A stretch of 64,000 nt of DNA from Candidatus Cybelea sp. (GTDB taxonomy: Bacteria; Vulcanimicrobiota; Vulcanimicrobiia; Vulcanimicrobiales; Vulcanimicrobiaceae), in NCBI GenBank assembly GCA_036489315.1, contig DASXFZ010000064.1, forward strand, positions 40,585 through 104,584, written 5' to 3'. The notes below the pieces were generated by a model. That model did no database searches. It saw nothing but the letters and a program-made list of their open reading frames with translations, and had not been told where the DNA came from. How positions within the stretch are numbered: position 1 is the first letter of the stretch; every line of letters starts with the position of its first letter. Position numbers and translations under genes: made by a program. Shown piece by piece: positions 1-9,815 of this stretch.

Positions 1-19
1 GAGCGAGGCTACTACTATC

Positions 20-901
20 TTGGACTCGGGCAAGGTCAAGTTCTTTCTGGGTGAGGTGTTGCGCAACTTTTCGCGCAACGCCGGCATGCAGATTACCGCC
101 ATCGGCACCGTCGCCATCACCATCGTCTTACTCGGACTCTTTCTCTTCATACGTGCGGCGCTGGCCGACGTCGGAACGCGCCTCCTCGATCAGATCGAGA
201 TTTCCGCGTACCTTAGCCCGGACGTCACGAGCGCACAGGTCGCGGCGATCGGGCGTTACCTGGCCCAAGATCCGCGCGTCGCCTCGGCCAAATACATTCC
301 CAAACGCGAGGGCCTCGCCGAGCTGCGAACGCAGACGCGCGGGGCGATCGACACCGCGCTGCTCACCGAAAATCCGTTGCCGGATAAGTTCCGGATAAAG
401 GCGCGCCTGCCCGAAGACGTCGCCGCCGTCGCCGCCAGCGTACGGCGCCTGCGCGGGGTCGGCAACGTCGTCTACGGTCAGAAGATCGTGCAGCGGCTGC
501 TGCAGCTCGGCGCGGTGCTGCGTCGAGTCGGCATCGGCGTCATCGTCGTCTTCCTCGCCGTCGCGGGAATCATCATCTCGAATACGATTCGCTTGACGGT
601 CTTTGCCCGCCGCCGCGAGATCGCGATCATGCAGCTCGTCGGCGCGACGAACACCTACATCCGGCTGCCGTTCATCTGCGAAGGCATGCTCGACGGCGTG
701 CTGGGCGCGCTCGTTGCGATCGGCCTGCTGGCGATTGCACGCGCGACGCTCTGGCCGCGTCTGCTCGAAGCTTTGCCCTGGGTGGCGATGAGCGCCGCAC
801 CCGTCGACCCCCGAATCCTCGCCGCCGAACTGCTGCTCGTCGGTGCGGCCGTCGGGATCTTGGCCTCGTGGATCTCGGTCGGACGCCACCTCCGGACGTA
901 A
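20..901 (+). CDS. ftsX: Cell-division ABC transporter permease FtsX
   Basis: 293-aa ORF with a TTG start. N-terminal FtsX-type sequence VKFFLGEVLRNFSRN, hydrophobic TM segments and a large first extracytoplasmic loop. Followed by an M23/EnvC-like gene as in ftsEX-envC modules. ftsE would lie left of the window. Confidence 0.85.
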   Translation: MDSGKVKFFLGEVLRNFSRNAGMQITAIGTVAITIVLLGLFLFIRAALADVGTRLLDQIEISAYLSPDVTSAQVAAIGRYLAQDPRVASAKYIPKREGLAELRTQTRGAIDTALLTENPLPDKFRIKARLPEDVAAVAASVRRLRGVGNVVYGQKIVQRLLQLGAVLRRVGIGVIVVFLAVAGIIISNTIRLTVFARRREIAIMQLVGATNTYIRLPFICEGMLDGVLGALVAIGLLAIARATLWPRLLEALPWVAMSAAPVDPRILAAELLLVGAAVGILASWISVGRHLRT

Positions 902-908
902 CGGCTCG

Positions 909-2096
909 TTGACTTCGCGCCGCGCTGCCGCCGGAGCGCTCGCCCTCGTGTTGCTGCCGGTGCTCGCCGGCGCGACCGGCACGACGCTGGAACAGCGGAT
1001 CAACGCCGAACGCGCCAAAGCGCAGGGCCTCCAAAGCCGCCTGCACGCAAAACGCGTCGAACTGCACGCCGTGACGCTGCACTATCAGGATTTGCAGACG
1101 CAGCTTGCGCAGACGAACGCCGCCATCGACACCGTTTCGGGCCGGATCGACGCGCTGTCCGTTCAACAGAGCTCGACGCAGCGCCGCATCGACTGGAACA
1201 CGACGCAGCTCGGCGCGGCGCGGCGCTCTTTACGGCTTCACGACGAGATGCTCAAGCGGCGGCTGGTCGATATCTACGAGTACGGCAACCTCAGTTACCT
1301 CAACACGTTGCTCGCCGCTCGTTCCTTCAGCGAGTTCGTTGAGCGGTGGGAAGATCTGCGTCTGCTGATTGCGGCAAACCAGCGCGCCGTTCGCGCACGC
1401 AAGGCGGCCGAGGCACGCGTTGCCGCGGTGCAGGCCGAGCTCGAGCGAACGCGCCTGCTGCTTGTCCAAGAAGAGCAGGCGCAGGAAGAAGCGCGCAGCC
1501 AGCTCGGGTCGCTCGCCGGCGAGCGCAAGAATCTCGTCGAACTTGCCGCCGTCCACCGCCGGAGCGTCGCCTCGCAGGTGGCGGAGATGGAGAGTCTGAC
1601 AGCCGCCGAAGAGGCCGCCCTCGAGGCGCTCATCCGCGAGCGCGAGCAAGAGCTCGCGGCGCAGCGCCGGGCAGCCGGAATCGCCGGCGGCACCGAGAGC
1701 GCCGGCGCCTCGGGTTCGTTCTCTTGGCCCGTGACGGGCACGATCACCTCACCCTTCGGCTGGCGCTCGAATCCGTTCGGCGGCGCGCCCGAGTTCCACC
1801 AGGGCCTCGATATCGCGGCACCGATGGGGACAACCGTCACCGCCGCGGCCGGCGGCACCGTCATTATGGCGCAATGGTACGGCGGCTATGGGAATTACAT
1901 TCTCATCGACCACGGCGGCGGCTACTCGACCGGCTACGGCCATCTTTCCGCCATGTACGTCGCGAGCGGGCAGTCGGTCCAGCGCGGCCAGGCGATCGGC
2001 GCGGTTGGTTCGACCGGGCAGTCGACCGGCCCTCACCTTCACTTCGAGGTACGAATTGGGGGCAAACCGGTTGACCCAGCACCCCGTCTTCATTAA
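909..2096 (+). CDS. Secreted coiled-coil M23 (LytM) peptidase / EnvC-like murein hydrolase activator
   Basis: ORF 843..2096. The in-frame TTG at 909 gives a signal peptide (TSRRAAAGALALVLLPVLAGA). Long Q/A/E/R-rich coiled coil, then M23 motifs FHQGLDIAAP, GYGHL and GPHLHFEV. The start is uncertain (843 or 909). Confidence 0.85.
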   Translation: MTSRRAAAGALALVLLPVLAGATGTTLEQRINAERAKAQGLQSRLHAKRVELHAVTLHYQDLQTQLAQTNAAIDTVSGRIDALSVQQSSTQRRIDWNTTQLGAARRSLRLHDEMLKRRLVDIYEYGNLSYLNTLLAARSFSEFVERWEDLRLLIAANQRAVRARKAAEARVAAVQAELERTRLLLVQEEQAQEEARSQLGSLAGERKNLVELAAVHRRSVASQVAEMESLTAAEEAALEALIREREQELAAQRRAAGIAGGTESAGASGSFSWPVTGTITSPFGWRSNPFGGAPEFHQGLDIAAPMGTTVTAAAGGTVIMAQWYGGYGNYILIDHGGGYSTGYGHLSAMYVASGQSVQRGQAIGAVGSTGQSTGPHLHFEVRIGGKPVDPAPRLH

Positions 2097-2163
2097 GACT
2101 TATCGGGTATTCTAGTCCCACAAGAAACTCAGAACCGGCCTAGCCGGGTATTATAGAGGATCG

Positions 2164-3573
2164 ATGAGCCTTACCCGACGCCTTTTACTTACGGCATTCG
2201 TTGCGCTCGCTGCGGTGATCGCGACCGCACTTTACGTTGGATATCGTACCGGCTCGATCGCCGGCCCCGCGGGGCTGCAGGTCGCAACGACCGGAGACTT
2301 GCGCTCCCTGTACGATTCGGAGGATACGTCCGGTTCGGCCGTCGCCGACTTTGCGCTTCGCCGCCTCGAAAGCGTGTACTACAAACCCATTTCGCCGCAG
2401 GTCCCGCTCAACGGTGAAGCCGATTCGCTCAAGACCCTGCTGACCGCAAAGAAGATCGGCTACGCGTCGCTGCCCTCGCAGAGCGCCGCGGGCGATCCGG
2501 CCGCCGACGGGGAGCGCGCCTCCGCCTTGCTCGGCTATGCGCTCAAACGTTACGGCAACGCGTTGGGTGCTACCGGAAACGAAGACATCACCGACGCCGC
2601 GCTGCGCGGCATCATGAACTCCGTCCACGATCCGTACACCGTCTATCTTTCGCCGCGCGAGAATCGCGGGCTCACCGAGTCGCTCTCCGGAGGGAACTTC
2701 GGCGGCATCGGCGTTTACATTTTCCAACTCAAGGACGGCGAGGTCATCGTCCGCCCGATCGACGCAATGCCGGCCGCCAAAGCCGGAATGCAAGCCGGCG
2801 ACATCGTCGACGCGGTCGACGGAAAACGGGTGCGGGGCCTCTCGATCGACCGCGTTGAGGCGATGATTCGCGGCGAACCCGGCAGCATCGTGAACCTGAA
2901 GGCGCACCAATATAAGGCGCCCTCGGCCGAGCACAACTATGCGATCGTCCGCGAGATCATCCACGTCCCGACCGTGCATGCGAAGATGGAGCAGGGGATC
3001 GACTATATCCAGCTCTCCGATTTCGGGAAGACGTCGGCGGACGAAGTGCGTACGGCGCTGCTCGACGGGAAAGCCAAGGGCGCGCGCGGTTACATTCTCG
3101 ACCTGCGATTCAACGGCGGCGGCTTCGTCGACGCGGCGGTTTCGATCTCGAGCCTCTTCATCCCACAAGGTACGATCGTCTCGACGATTGCGCGTGACGG
3201 TTCGCGCACGACCGACGCAGCGCTCGGCGATGCGATCGCCGGCCTGACGCCGCTCGTCGTGCTCGTCAACAAATACACGGCCAGCGCCTCCGAGATCACC
3301 TCGGGCGCACTGCAAGACTATCGCCTCGCGACGCTGGTCGGCACGCGAACGTTCGGCAAGGGCGTGGTCCAGAGCATCTACGAGCTGCCCGACGACGGGG
3401 CGCTGAAGATCACGACGGCCCGTTACCTGACGCCGGCCGGGCGCGACATCCAGCATCACGGGATCGAGCCGAACGTCGTCGTCGCGCAGGAGCCCAACCC
3501 CTCGCTGATCGACACCCCCGCCGACAAGCAACTCGCCGTTGCGAAGGCACATATACGCCAACTCTTACGTTGA
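2164..3573 (+). CDS. S41 carboxy-terminal processing peptidase (Ctp), copy 1
   Basis: 469 aa with an N-terminal TM. PDZ region (GGIGVYIF...AGMQAGDIV) and S41 catalytic motifs NKYTASASEITSGALQD and GTRTFGKGVVQ. Confidence 0.9.
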   Translation: MSLTRRLLLTAFVALAAVIATALYVGYRTGSIAGPAGLQVATTGDLRSLYDSEDTSGSAVADFALRRLESVYYKPISPQVPLNGEADSLKTLLTAKKIGYASLPSQSAAGDPAADGERASALLGYALKRYGNALGATGNEDITDAALRGIMNSVHDPYTVYLSPRENRGLTESLSGGNFGGIGVYIFQLKDGEVIVRPIDAMPAAKAGMQAGDIVDAVDGKRVRGLSIDRVEAMIRGEPGSIVNLKAHQYKAPSAEHNYAIVREIIHVPTVHAKMEQGIDYIQLSDFGKTSADEVRTALLDGKAKGARGYILDLRFNGGGFVDAAVSISSLFIPQGTIVSTIARDGSRTTDAALGDAIAGLTPLVVLVNKYTASASEITSGALQDYRLATLVGTRTFGKGVVQSIYELPDDGALKITTARYLTPAGRDIQHHGIEPNVVVAQEPNPSLIDTPADKQLAVAKAHIRQLLR

Positions 3574-3574
3574 T

Positions 3575-4966
3575 ATGGGTAGTATGAAACGCAATCTCGC
3601 TCTTGTACTCTTGGCCGCTACCGTTCTAGGGTCGGCGCGCCTTCTCTTGAGCCCGGCGCTGGCGGCCGGGCAGGTCCTTCCCGCCCCCGACGCCGGAGAA
3701 GTTTCGACGAGCTATACGTACCTCACTGAGAACTTCTATAAGAAGGTCGATCCGCAGACCGTGCTGGATTCGGTTCGCACGACGTTGCTCGCAGCGATGC
3801 GGACCGCGGGTGTGAAGCACGCGGCCCTGCCCGAGATGCAAGCAAATGCAGCCCCGAACAGCAACATTCGGGAGATCGACCGCGAGATCGTCGACGCCGC
3901 GTCGCAATCGAAAGCAAAGTTCACCGTGCACGACCTCAGCTACGTCGCGCTCGACGGGATCATGCGCTCGGTCAACGACCGCTACACGGTCTTCATGACG
4001 CCGAAAGAGTACGCCAGCCTCAATCAGGGCCTCGACGGCGGCGATTTCGGCGGAACCGGGATCGTCATTCAGATCGACGACAAAACGAAGTTCATCAGCG
4101 TCGAAAACGTCGTTCCGAACGGACCGGCGGACAAGGCCGGCATTGCGCAGGACGATCTGATCACCACGATCGACGGCTCGTCGACCAAAGGCATGAGCCT
4201 TTCGGCAGCCAGCGGAAAGCTTCGCGGTAAAGAGGGAACCCGCGTAACGCTGACGGTTGCTCGCGACGGCGCGGCGCAGCCGGCGCCCATCACGATCACC
4301 CGTGCCAAGATCCACCAGCTCAGCGTCTACGAGAAAATGCTTCCCGGCAAGATCGGTTACGTCGCGCTGACCGTCTTCGGGCGCGACACCGGCGACGAGC
4401 TCAACGCCGCTCTCGAACGTTTGCAGCGCGACGGGGCCAGGGCCCTCGTGCTCGACCTGCGCGACAACGGCGGAGGCTATCTCGAAGCGGCCGTCGCCGT
4501 CAGCTCGAAGTTCATTCCGAGCGGGCCGATCGTATCGGTCGAATCGCGCGCTTCGAATATCACGACGCTCGACGCCGACGACACGGCCATTGCGCCGGTC
4601 CCGCTCGCGGTACTCGTCAACGGCTATACGGCCTCGGCCTCCGAGATCACCTCGGGAGCGATTCAAGATAGCACGGTCGGCACGATCATCGGGACGAAGA
4701 CGTTCGGTAAGGGTGTCGTCCAGACGATCTATCCGCTGCCCGACGGGAGTGCCATCAAGGTTACGACGGCGCGCTATCTCACGCCGCGCAACCGCGACAT
4801 CAACCACCTCGGCATCACGCCGGACATCGTCATCACTGAGAACAAGCACGCGCAATTCGGAACTCCGGCAAAGGACGATCAGCTCACGCGCGCGGTGGCG
4901 TTCTTGAACGCACGTCTCGCTCGCCTTAATGAAGAGAACGGCGTGCCGGCGAGCCCCGCGCCTTAG
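3575..4966 (+). CDS. S41 carboxy-terminal processing peptidase (Ctp), copy 2
   Basis: ORF 3539..4966. The ATG at 3575 directly follows the TGA of copy 1 and gives a signal sequence (MGSMKRNLALVLLAATVLG). PDZ region (GGTGIVIQ...) and motifs NGYTASASEITSGAIQD and GTKTFGKGVVQ. Confidence 0.9.
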   Translation: MGSMKRNLALVLLAATVLGSARLLLSPALAAGQVLPAPDAGEVSTSYTYLTENFYKKVDPQTVLDSVRTTLLAAMRTAGVKHAALPEMQANAAPNSNIREIDREIVDAASQSKAKFTVHDLSYVALDGIMRSVNDRYTVFMTPKEYASLNQGLDGGDFGGTGIVIQIDDKTKFISVENVVPNGPADKAGIAQDDLITTIDGSSTKGMSLSAASGKLRGKEGTRVTLTVARDGAAQPAPITITRAKIHQLSVYEKMLPGKIGYVALTVFGRDTGDELNAALERLQRDGARALVLDLRDNGGGYLEAAVAVSSKFIPSGPIVSVESRASNITTLDADDTAIAPVPLAVLVNGYTASASEITSGAIQDSTVGTIIGTKTFGKGVVQTIYPLPDGSAIKVTTARYLTPRNRDINHLGITPDIVITENKHAQFGTPAKDDQLTRAVAFLNARLARLNEENGVPASPAP

Positions 4967-4991
4967 CGCGACCCGCTCCGTAGGCTACAAA

Positions 4992-5015
4992 AGAGACGCC
5001 CTCGCGAGCGTCTCT
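4992..5015. terminator. Bidirectional intrinsic terminator between the convergent ctp and rne genes
   Basis: Perfect 8-bp stem AGAGACGC (4992-4999) / GCGTCTCT (5008-5015). An A-run lies upstream (acaaaag) and a T-run downstream (ttttctttctt). It sits between stop codons at 4966 (+) and 5028 (-). Confidence 0.65.
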
Positions 5016-5027
5016 TTTTCTTTCTTC

Positions 5028-7667
5028 CTACTCTTTTTCGGCGGCAGCCACGGTCTTTCGACGGCGGCGAACCGGCTTCTCCGGCGCGCCGTCGGGGCTC
5101 GCCGAGGTCGTGCCGCGGGTCGCGCGCGTACGTTTCGGCTTTGCCGCCGCTGCCGGTGCAGCGTCCTTAACCGGCTTGGTTTCGGCCGCGGCTTTCCGGC
5201 GCGTCGTCGTGGCGCGCTTTTTCGCCGGCGCGGGCTTCGCTTCGGGCGCGGGTAACGCGATCGCGCTCTCCGCCCGGGCCGGTTCCCCGGGGGCGGTACC
5301 CGTACGGGCACGCCGTCGCGTAGGCTTCGTTCGCTTGGGCTCCTCTGGCGGCACCGAGAGGCTCGGCGGGGGCGGCTCGACGGCCGGAGGTGTGGCTTGT
5401 GCGCGCCGCGCAATCGCTCGCGTCGGCTCCGGCGGCGCCGTAGCGCCGGTGGCGGCCGCTTTTCCGTCCGCGCCGACTTCGAAGATATGCCGGTCCGGCA
5501 TCGTTCCGACGCCTTGGGCACCCCCCCGTCCGCCGCGCCCGCGCCGTCGCCGGCGGCGCCGGCGATGCTGGCCGGAACCGTCGCCGGCCGCTGCATCGTT
5601 TGAAACCGAAGGCGCCGCGTCGATCGGCGTCACGGCCGCCGGCGTCGCGATTACGGTGGTCGCCTCGTCGCCCTCGTCGCGGCCGCCGCGCCCCCGTCGC
5701 CGGCGGCGACGGCGTTTGCGGCGTTCACCTTCAACGGCCGCGTGCTGTACGGCCCCCTCGGCGATAATGATTGCGTCGGGCTGCGCTTCACCGCGCCGCT
5801 CGGCGCTGAGCGCCTTGTCCTGCGCCTCTTCCTCTTCGGTGAGCGAGCTGATGCCGATCGGCGGACGCGACGCCGACTGGCGCGCGGCATCTTCGGCAAG
5901 CTCCCGCAGCTGACGAGTCTGCTCGGCCGCCGACACTTCCGCTTTGCGCGTTGGGCGCTTGCGGCGCGACTTTGCGCCGGCCATCACGAGCTCGGCGAGA
6001 ATGTAGTCGCCCTTGTCGTCGACGTCGAGGATGCGGATGCGCACGAAGTTACCGGCGTTGTTTGCCGCGTTCTCCACCTCGGTGACGCGACCGTCGACGA
6101 TCGCTGCGGCCGAGCTCGCATTCGGCAGCCGGCCGGTCAGGAGCTCGACTTCGTGCTCGTCACCAACGCGCACGGGCCGCTCGCGTTCCTGCTTGGCGCT
6201 GCTGACGATCTCCAGCCGGGATTTTTCCGGATGGATCATCGGATCGACGCGCACGTGAATCGGGTGCTGGATCGCTTTGGCGAGCTCGCTGCATTCCTCT
6301 TCGTACCAAAAGTCCATCTGTACCGCGACGGTCGGCGCGACGTGTACGACGACGTCGCCGGCGGCGCCGTTGCGCGTCTCGTTGCGAATGTGGCGGAAGG
6401 TTTCGATGGCCACCGATTGCGGCGACATCACGCTGCCCATGCCCATGCAGGTCGGGCAGCTGCCGCGCAGCTGCGCGCCGAGGTCCTTGCCGATGCGTTT
6501 GCGCGTGAACTCGAGCAGCCCGAGATTTGAGAAGGACTGAATCGTCGCTCGCGTGCGGTCGCGGCGCAGACTCTCCTCCATCGTCTTTATGACCCTATCG
6601 CGGGAAGCTTCCGAGGCCATGTCGATAAAATCGACGACGATGATCCCGCCGATATCGCGCAGGCGAACCTGCCGTGCGATCTCCTCGGCGGCCTCGATGT
6701 TCGTCTTGAGGATCGTGTCCTCGAGGTTCCGGCCGCCGGTGAACTTTCCGGAGTTGACGTCGATGACGGTCAGCGCCTCGGTCGACTCGATGACGATCGA
6801 AGCTCCCGACGGAAGATTGATCTTCGGCTTCATCAGCTTCTGCAGCTCGGCCTCGATGTGGTAATCGTCGAAGAGCGAGCGTCCCGAGTTGTAGTACTCG
6901 ATGCGATCGATGTATTGCGGCCCGAGAAGCTGGAGGAGGTCGCGAATTTTGCGGTACTCTTCTTCGTCGTCGATCAGGACCCGGTCGACGTCGGCCGTGA
7001 TGAAATCGCGCGCTGCCTTGTAGACCAAGTTCATGTCTTTGTGCAGCAGCGACGGCGAGCCGGCGCGCTTATAGCGCTCGAGAATTCCGTGCCACATGCG
7101 GATCAGCACACCCAGGTCCGCGATCAGCTCGGCTTCGCTGACCCCCGCCGCGGCGGTGCGCACGACCGTAGCCATACCCTCCGGCCGAATCCGCTTCATG
7201 ACGCCGTTGAGACGATTGCGCTCGTCGGCCGACTCGATCTTGCGCGAGACGCCGGAGTATTTTCCGGTCGGCATCAAGATCAGATACCGGCCGGGCAACG
7301 AGATGTTCGTGGAGATTCGCGCCCCTTTGAGGCCGCGGGGCTCCTTGACGATCTGCACGAGAACGTCGTCGCCTCGTTTGACCTTCTCGCTAATCGTAAA
7401 GCCGCCGTGGCCTTGGGTGATCTCGACGTCGCCGATGTTGAGAGGCTGTTTGTTGATGTCGTCGACGTAGAGGAACGCGTTGCGTCCCAGACCGATGTCG
7501 ACGAAAGCCGCTCCCATTCCGGGGAGCACGTTCTGTACTTTACCTTTATAGATCGAGCCGATGACCTTCTCTTCGCGCTCAATGTAGAGCTCTGCTAAGC
7601 CACCGTCCTCGAGTATGGCGACCCGGTTTTCCCACGGGTCGCTCGAGATCAATATCTCGCTCGACAA
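5028..7667 (-). CDS. rne: Ribonuclease E/G family endoribonuclease with a long Arg/Pro/Ala-rich C-terminal tail
   Basis: 879 aa, TTG start with an AGGGGA SD 5 nt upstream. S1 domain (IYKGKVQNVLPGMGAAFVDIGLGRNAFLY), RNase E/G core (IDVNSGKFTGG) and a Zn-link-like CPTCMGMG. The C-terminal ~380 aa are low complexity. Confidence 0.85.
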   Translation of the reverse strand: MSSEILISSDPWENRVAILEDGGLAELYIEREEKVIGSIYKGKVQNVLPGMGAAFVDIGLGRNAFLYVDDINKQPLNIGDVEITQGHGGFTISEKVKRGDDVLVQIVKEPRGLKGARISTNISLPGRYLILMPTGKYSGVSRKIESADERNRLNGVMKRIRPEGMATVVRTAAAGVSEAELIADLGVLIRMWHGILERYKRAGSPSLLHKDMNLVYKAARDFITADVDRVLIDDEEEYRKIRDLLQLLGPQYIDRIEYYNSGRSLFDDYHIEAELQKLMKPKINLPSGASIVIESTEALTVIDVNSGKFTGGRNLEDTILKTNIEAAEEIARQVRLRDIGGIIVVDFIDMASEASRDRVIKTMEESLRRDRTRATIQSFSNLGLLEFTRKRIGKDLGAQLRGSCPTCMGMGSVMSPQSVAIETFRHIRNETRNGAAGDVVVHVAPTVAVQMDFWYEEECSELAKAIQHPIHVRVDPMIHPEKSRLEIVSSAKQERERPVRVGDEHEVELLTGRLPNASSAAAIVDGRVTEVENAANNAGNFVRIRILDVDDKGDYILAELVMAGAKSRRKRPTRKAEVSAAEQTRQLRELAEDAARQSASRPPIGISSLTEEEEAQDKALSAERRGEAQPDAIIIAEGAVQHAAVEGERRKRRRRRRRGRGGRDEGDEATTVIATPAAVTPIDAAPSVSNDAAAGDGSGQHRRRRRRRRGRGGRGGAQGVGTMPDRHIFEVGADGKAAATGATAPPEPTRAIARRAQATPPAVEPPPPSLSVPPEEPKRTKPTRRRARTGTAPGEPARAESAIALPAPEAKPAPAKKRATTTRRKAAAETKPVKDAAPAAAAKPKRTRATRGTTSASPDGAPEKPVRRRRKTVAAAEKE

Positions 7668-7881
7668 ATTGTCCCCTATTTTCGGAGCCCGCCTCCCTCG
7701 CCGCGCCTACCGTTGCCGGTGCACCTTGCGGGCGGCGCCTCGCGCCGCCAGGGCTAGCCCCTTAAGAAAAATCTTGCTTGTTAATAAATCTTTGCCGGCG
7801 GCCCTTCGTCTCGAAGACGGAGCCAGCCGGCGTGACTTGGAGCCTCTGTTCCCGGCCGGCGGAAAACGGACCTGCCCGCGG

Positions 7882-9237
7882 CTACTCCGTATCGACGGGC
7901 CGGGGGTCGAGCGGCTCCCGCTCGAAGTCGTGCGCGCTCATCGTCGTCGAAATCGGGACGAACTTGCGCGGCGCCTCTGAGAAATTAAAACAGTCTGCCG
8001 CCGGAGAGGTTGCACGGGCGTCGGATGCCGAGAGGGTAGCGAGCCCAAAGCGGTCTTCGACGAAGCGAAGCAGGCTGCCGTGCTCGTACCGCACGTGGGA
8101 GACGCGCCCTCGCTTCGCGTAGGGCGAAATGACCAGCAGCGGCACCCGAAAACCGAGTCCGTCGTAGTCGACCTTCGTGGGGGCGACGTGATCGTACCAG
8201 CCCCCGGGATCGTCCCAGAAGACGAAGAGAGCGCTCGTATCCCAGTACTTCGACTCTCCGACCGCGTTGACGAGCGCCGCGACCCACTTCGGACCGTCGT
8301 CGGCGTCGCAGCCAGCGTGATCGGAGTTCTTGCAGGTCGGCGTCACCCAGCTCACCGCCGGGAGCCGACCGTCGCGGACGTCCTTAAAAAAGCGCGTCTG
8401 CGGGTGGATGACGTCGTTTTTCCAGTCCGGGCCCTTGTAGATGTGATCGATCGCCTGATAGGCGTTCCAAAGGCCGCCGTCGCCCTCGCGGAGCGAAGCG
8501 GTATAGTATTTCCACGAGATCTTTGCCGCGTCGAGTTCGTCGCCGAGCGTCTGGTTATCGAAACAGGCCGGAACCGAAGGGCCCTCCACACGCTGCTGCG
8601 TGAGCGTGAGGACGAGCGCGGGCCCGCTGCAGCCCCACGGCCCGCCTTCGGGCACGTTCATGCTCGAACTCGCTTGAGCGGCGATGATGTACTGATGCGA
8701 GACAAAGCTGCTCTCGTCGACGTTGGAAACGAACATTCGATCGGCCAACACGTACTGCGCCGCCATGTCGAAGTATGGCGTCGTTTCGCTGGGCGTCACG
8801 TAAGAGTACATGGGATCCTTGAACGGGCAGCGCGGCTCGCCGGGACCGCCGCACTCAACTCCTTCCCGGTCGAACCCGTTCATCCGGCAATCGGTTCCCG
8901 GATACTTTCCGGTGCCGTTACAGCTGGTGAGAAAGGCACCGAAGCTGTGATTGACGTCCCAGGTCGTCTTCATCGTCAGCGGACGCAACGCGATCTTGTC
9001 GCCTTTGCTGTCGTAACCCCAAGGGCGTGTATCGGCGTTGCGCGCACCTTGGAAGAGATTGTCGAAGCTGCGATTCTCTTGCACGATGATGACGATGTGC
9101 TCGATCTTGCGGATGCCCGACGCACCGGGCGCCGCGGCGAACGCCTCTGCGTGGGCGGCGTCGGCAACCGGAACTGCCGATGATGCTCCGCCCGCACACG
9201 CCGCTAAGCCGAGCAATGCAACCAGGAGAGCCGCCAA
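7882..9237 (-). CDS. Phosphoesterase-family lipoprotein (PlcN/AcpA-type phospholipase C or acid phosphatase)
   Basis: 451 aa, TTG start, lipobox LLGLAAC. N-terminal family motif [20 protein letters not shown], typical of the phosphoesterase family (PF04185). Confidence 0.75.
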   Translation of the reverse strand: MAALLVALLGLAACAGGASSAVPVADAAHAEAFAAAPGASGIRKIEHIVIIVQENRSFDNLFQGARNADTRPWGYDSKGDKIALRPLTMKTTWDVNHSFGAFLTSCNGTGKYPGTDCRMNGFDREGVECGGPGEPRCPFKDPMYSYVTPSETTPYFDMAAQYVLADRMFVSNVDESSFVSHQYIIAAQASSSMNVPEGGPWGCSGPALVLTLTQQRVEGPSVPACFDNQTLGDELDAAKISWKYYTASLREGDGGLWNAYQAIDHIYKGPDWKNDVIHPQTRFFKDVRDGRLPAVSWVTPTCKNSDHAGCDADDGPKWVAALVNAVGESKYWDTSALFVFWDDPGGWYDHVAPTKVDYDGLGFRVPLLVISPYAKRGRVSHVRYEHGSLLRFVEDRFGLATLSASDARATSPAADCFNFSEAPRKFVPISTTMSAHDFEREPLDPRPVDTE

Positions 9238-9314
9238 ACGACCGGTCGTGCTTATAACGCCAACCCTCTTTCCTTGGCAGCCAGGAGAGTTCGTCCCTTT
9301 GCCGCGCAGCCGAC

Positions 9315-9815
9315 TTAAATGCCCCCAGCCTTCGCGCTGATCGCGGCTCCGCTCGGGGATGCGCCAACGTCGTCGTTGCCGACCGTTGGGTCGCTGCCGG
9401 CCGGGAAGTTCCAGCGAGCCACGCTGGTGACGCCGCAGTTCTTGACCAATCCGTTGCCGACGCCGCCGACGAAGACTCTGCTCCCTGCGTCGGTGATCGC
9501 ACCCTGGAACATGTCGCAGACGGGTTTACCGTGTGCGTCCGTAAGCGTGATTTTCTTTCGCAGCACGCCACTGGCGGAGACTGGATAAATGCAGAAGCGG
9601 CTTCTGCCACCGCACCTCCTGTCGGCTACGTACCACGTTTTCTGCCCCACTGCGTACTGCACGAAACCTGGCTGATAGATCGTCCCGCCGCTGATCGGAA
9701 TCGTGCGGCACCTCGACCCCCTGCAGGAGGCGACAACGCTGGTCGAGTTCTTGGTGTAGCCGTCCACCCAGAGGTTGCCGCGGCGATCGTAGCCGTCGAA
9801 AAAGTACGTCTGCAT
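9315..9815 (-). CDS. C-terminal fragment of the same lipoprotein, in a different frame
   Basis: 166-aa ORF ([20 protein letters not shown]...). Its frame is open upstream to about 9870 and overlaps the end of the N-terminal fragment. Composition and repeat style continue the upstream fragment. Confidence 0.5.
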   Translation of the reverse strand: MQTYFFDGYDRRGNLWVDGYTKNSTSVVASCRGSRCRTIPISGGTIYQPGFVQYAVGQKTWYVADRRCGGRSRFCIYPVSASGVLRKKITLTDAHGKPVCDMFQGAITDAGSRVFVGGVGNGLVKNCGVTSVARWNFPAGSDPTVGNDDVGASPSGAAISAKAGGI

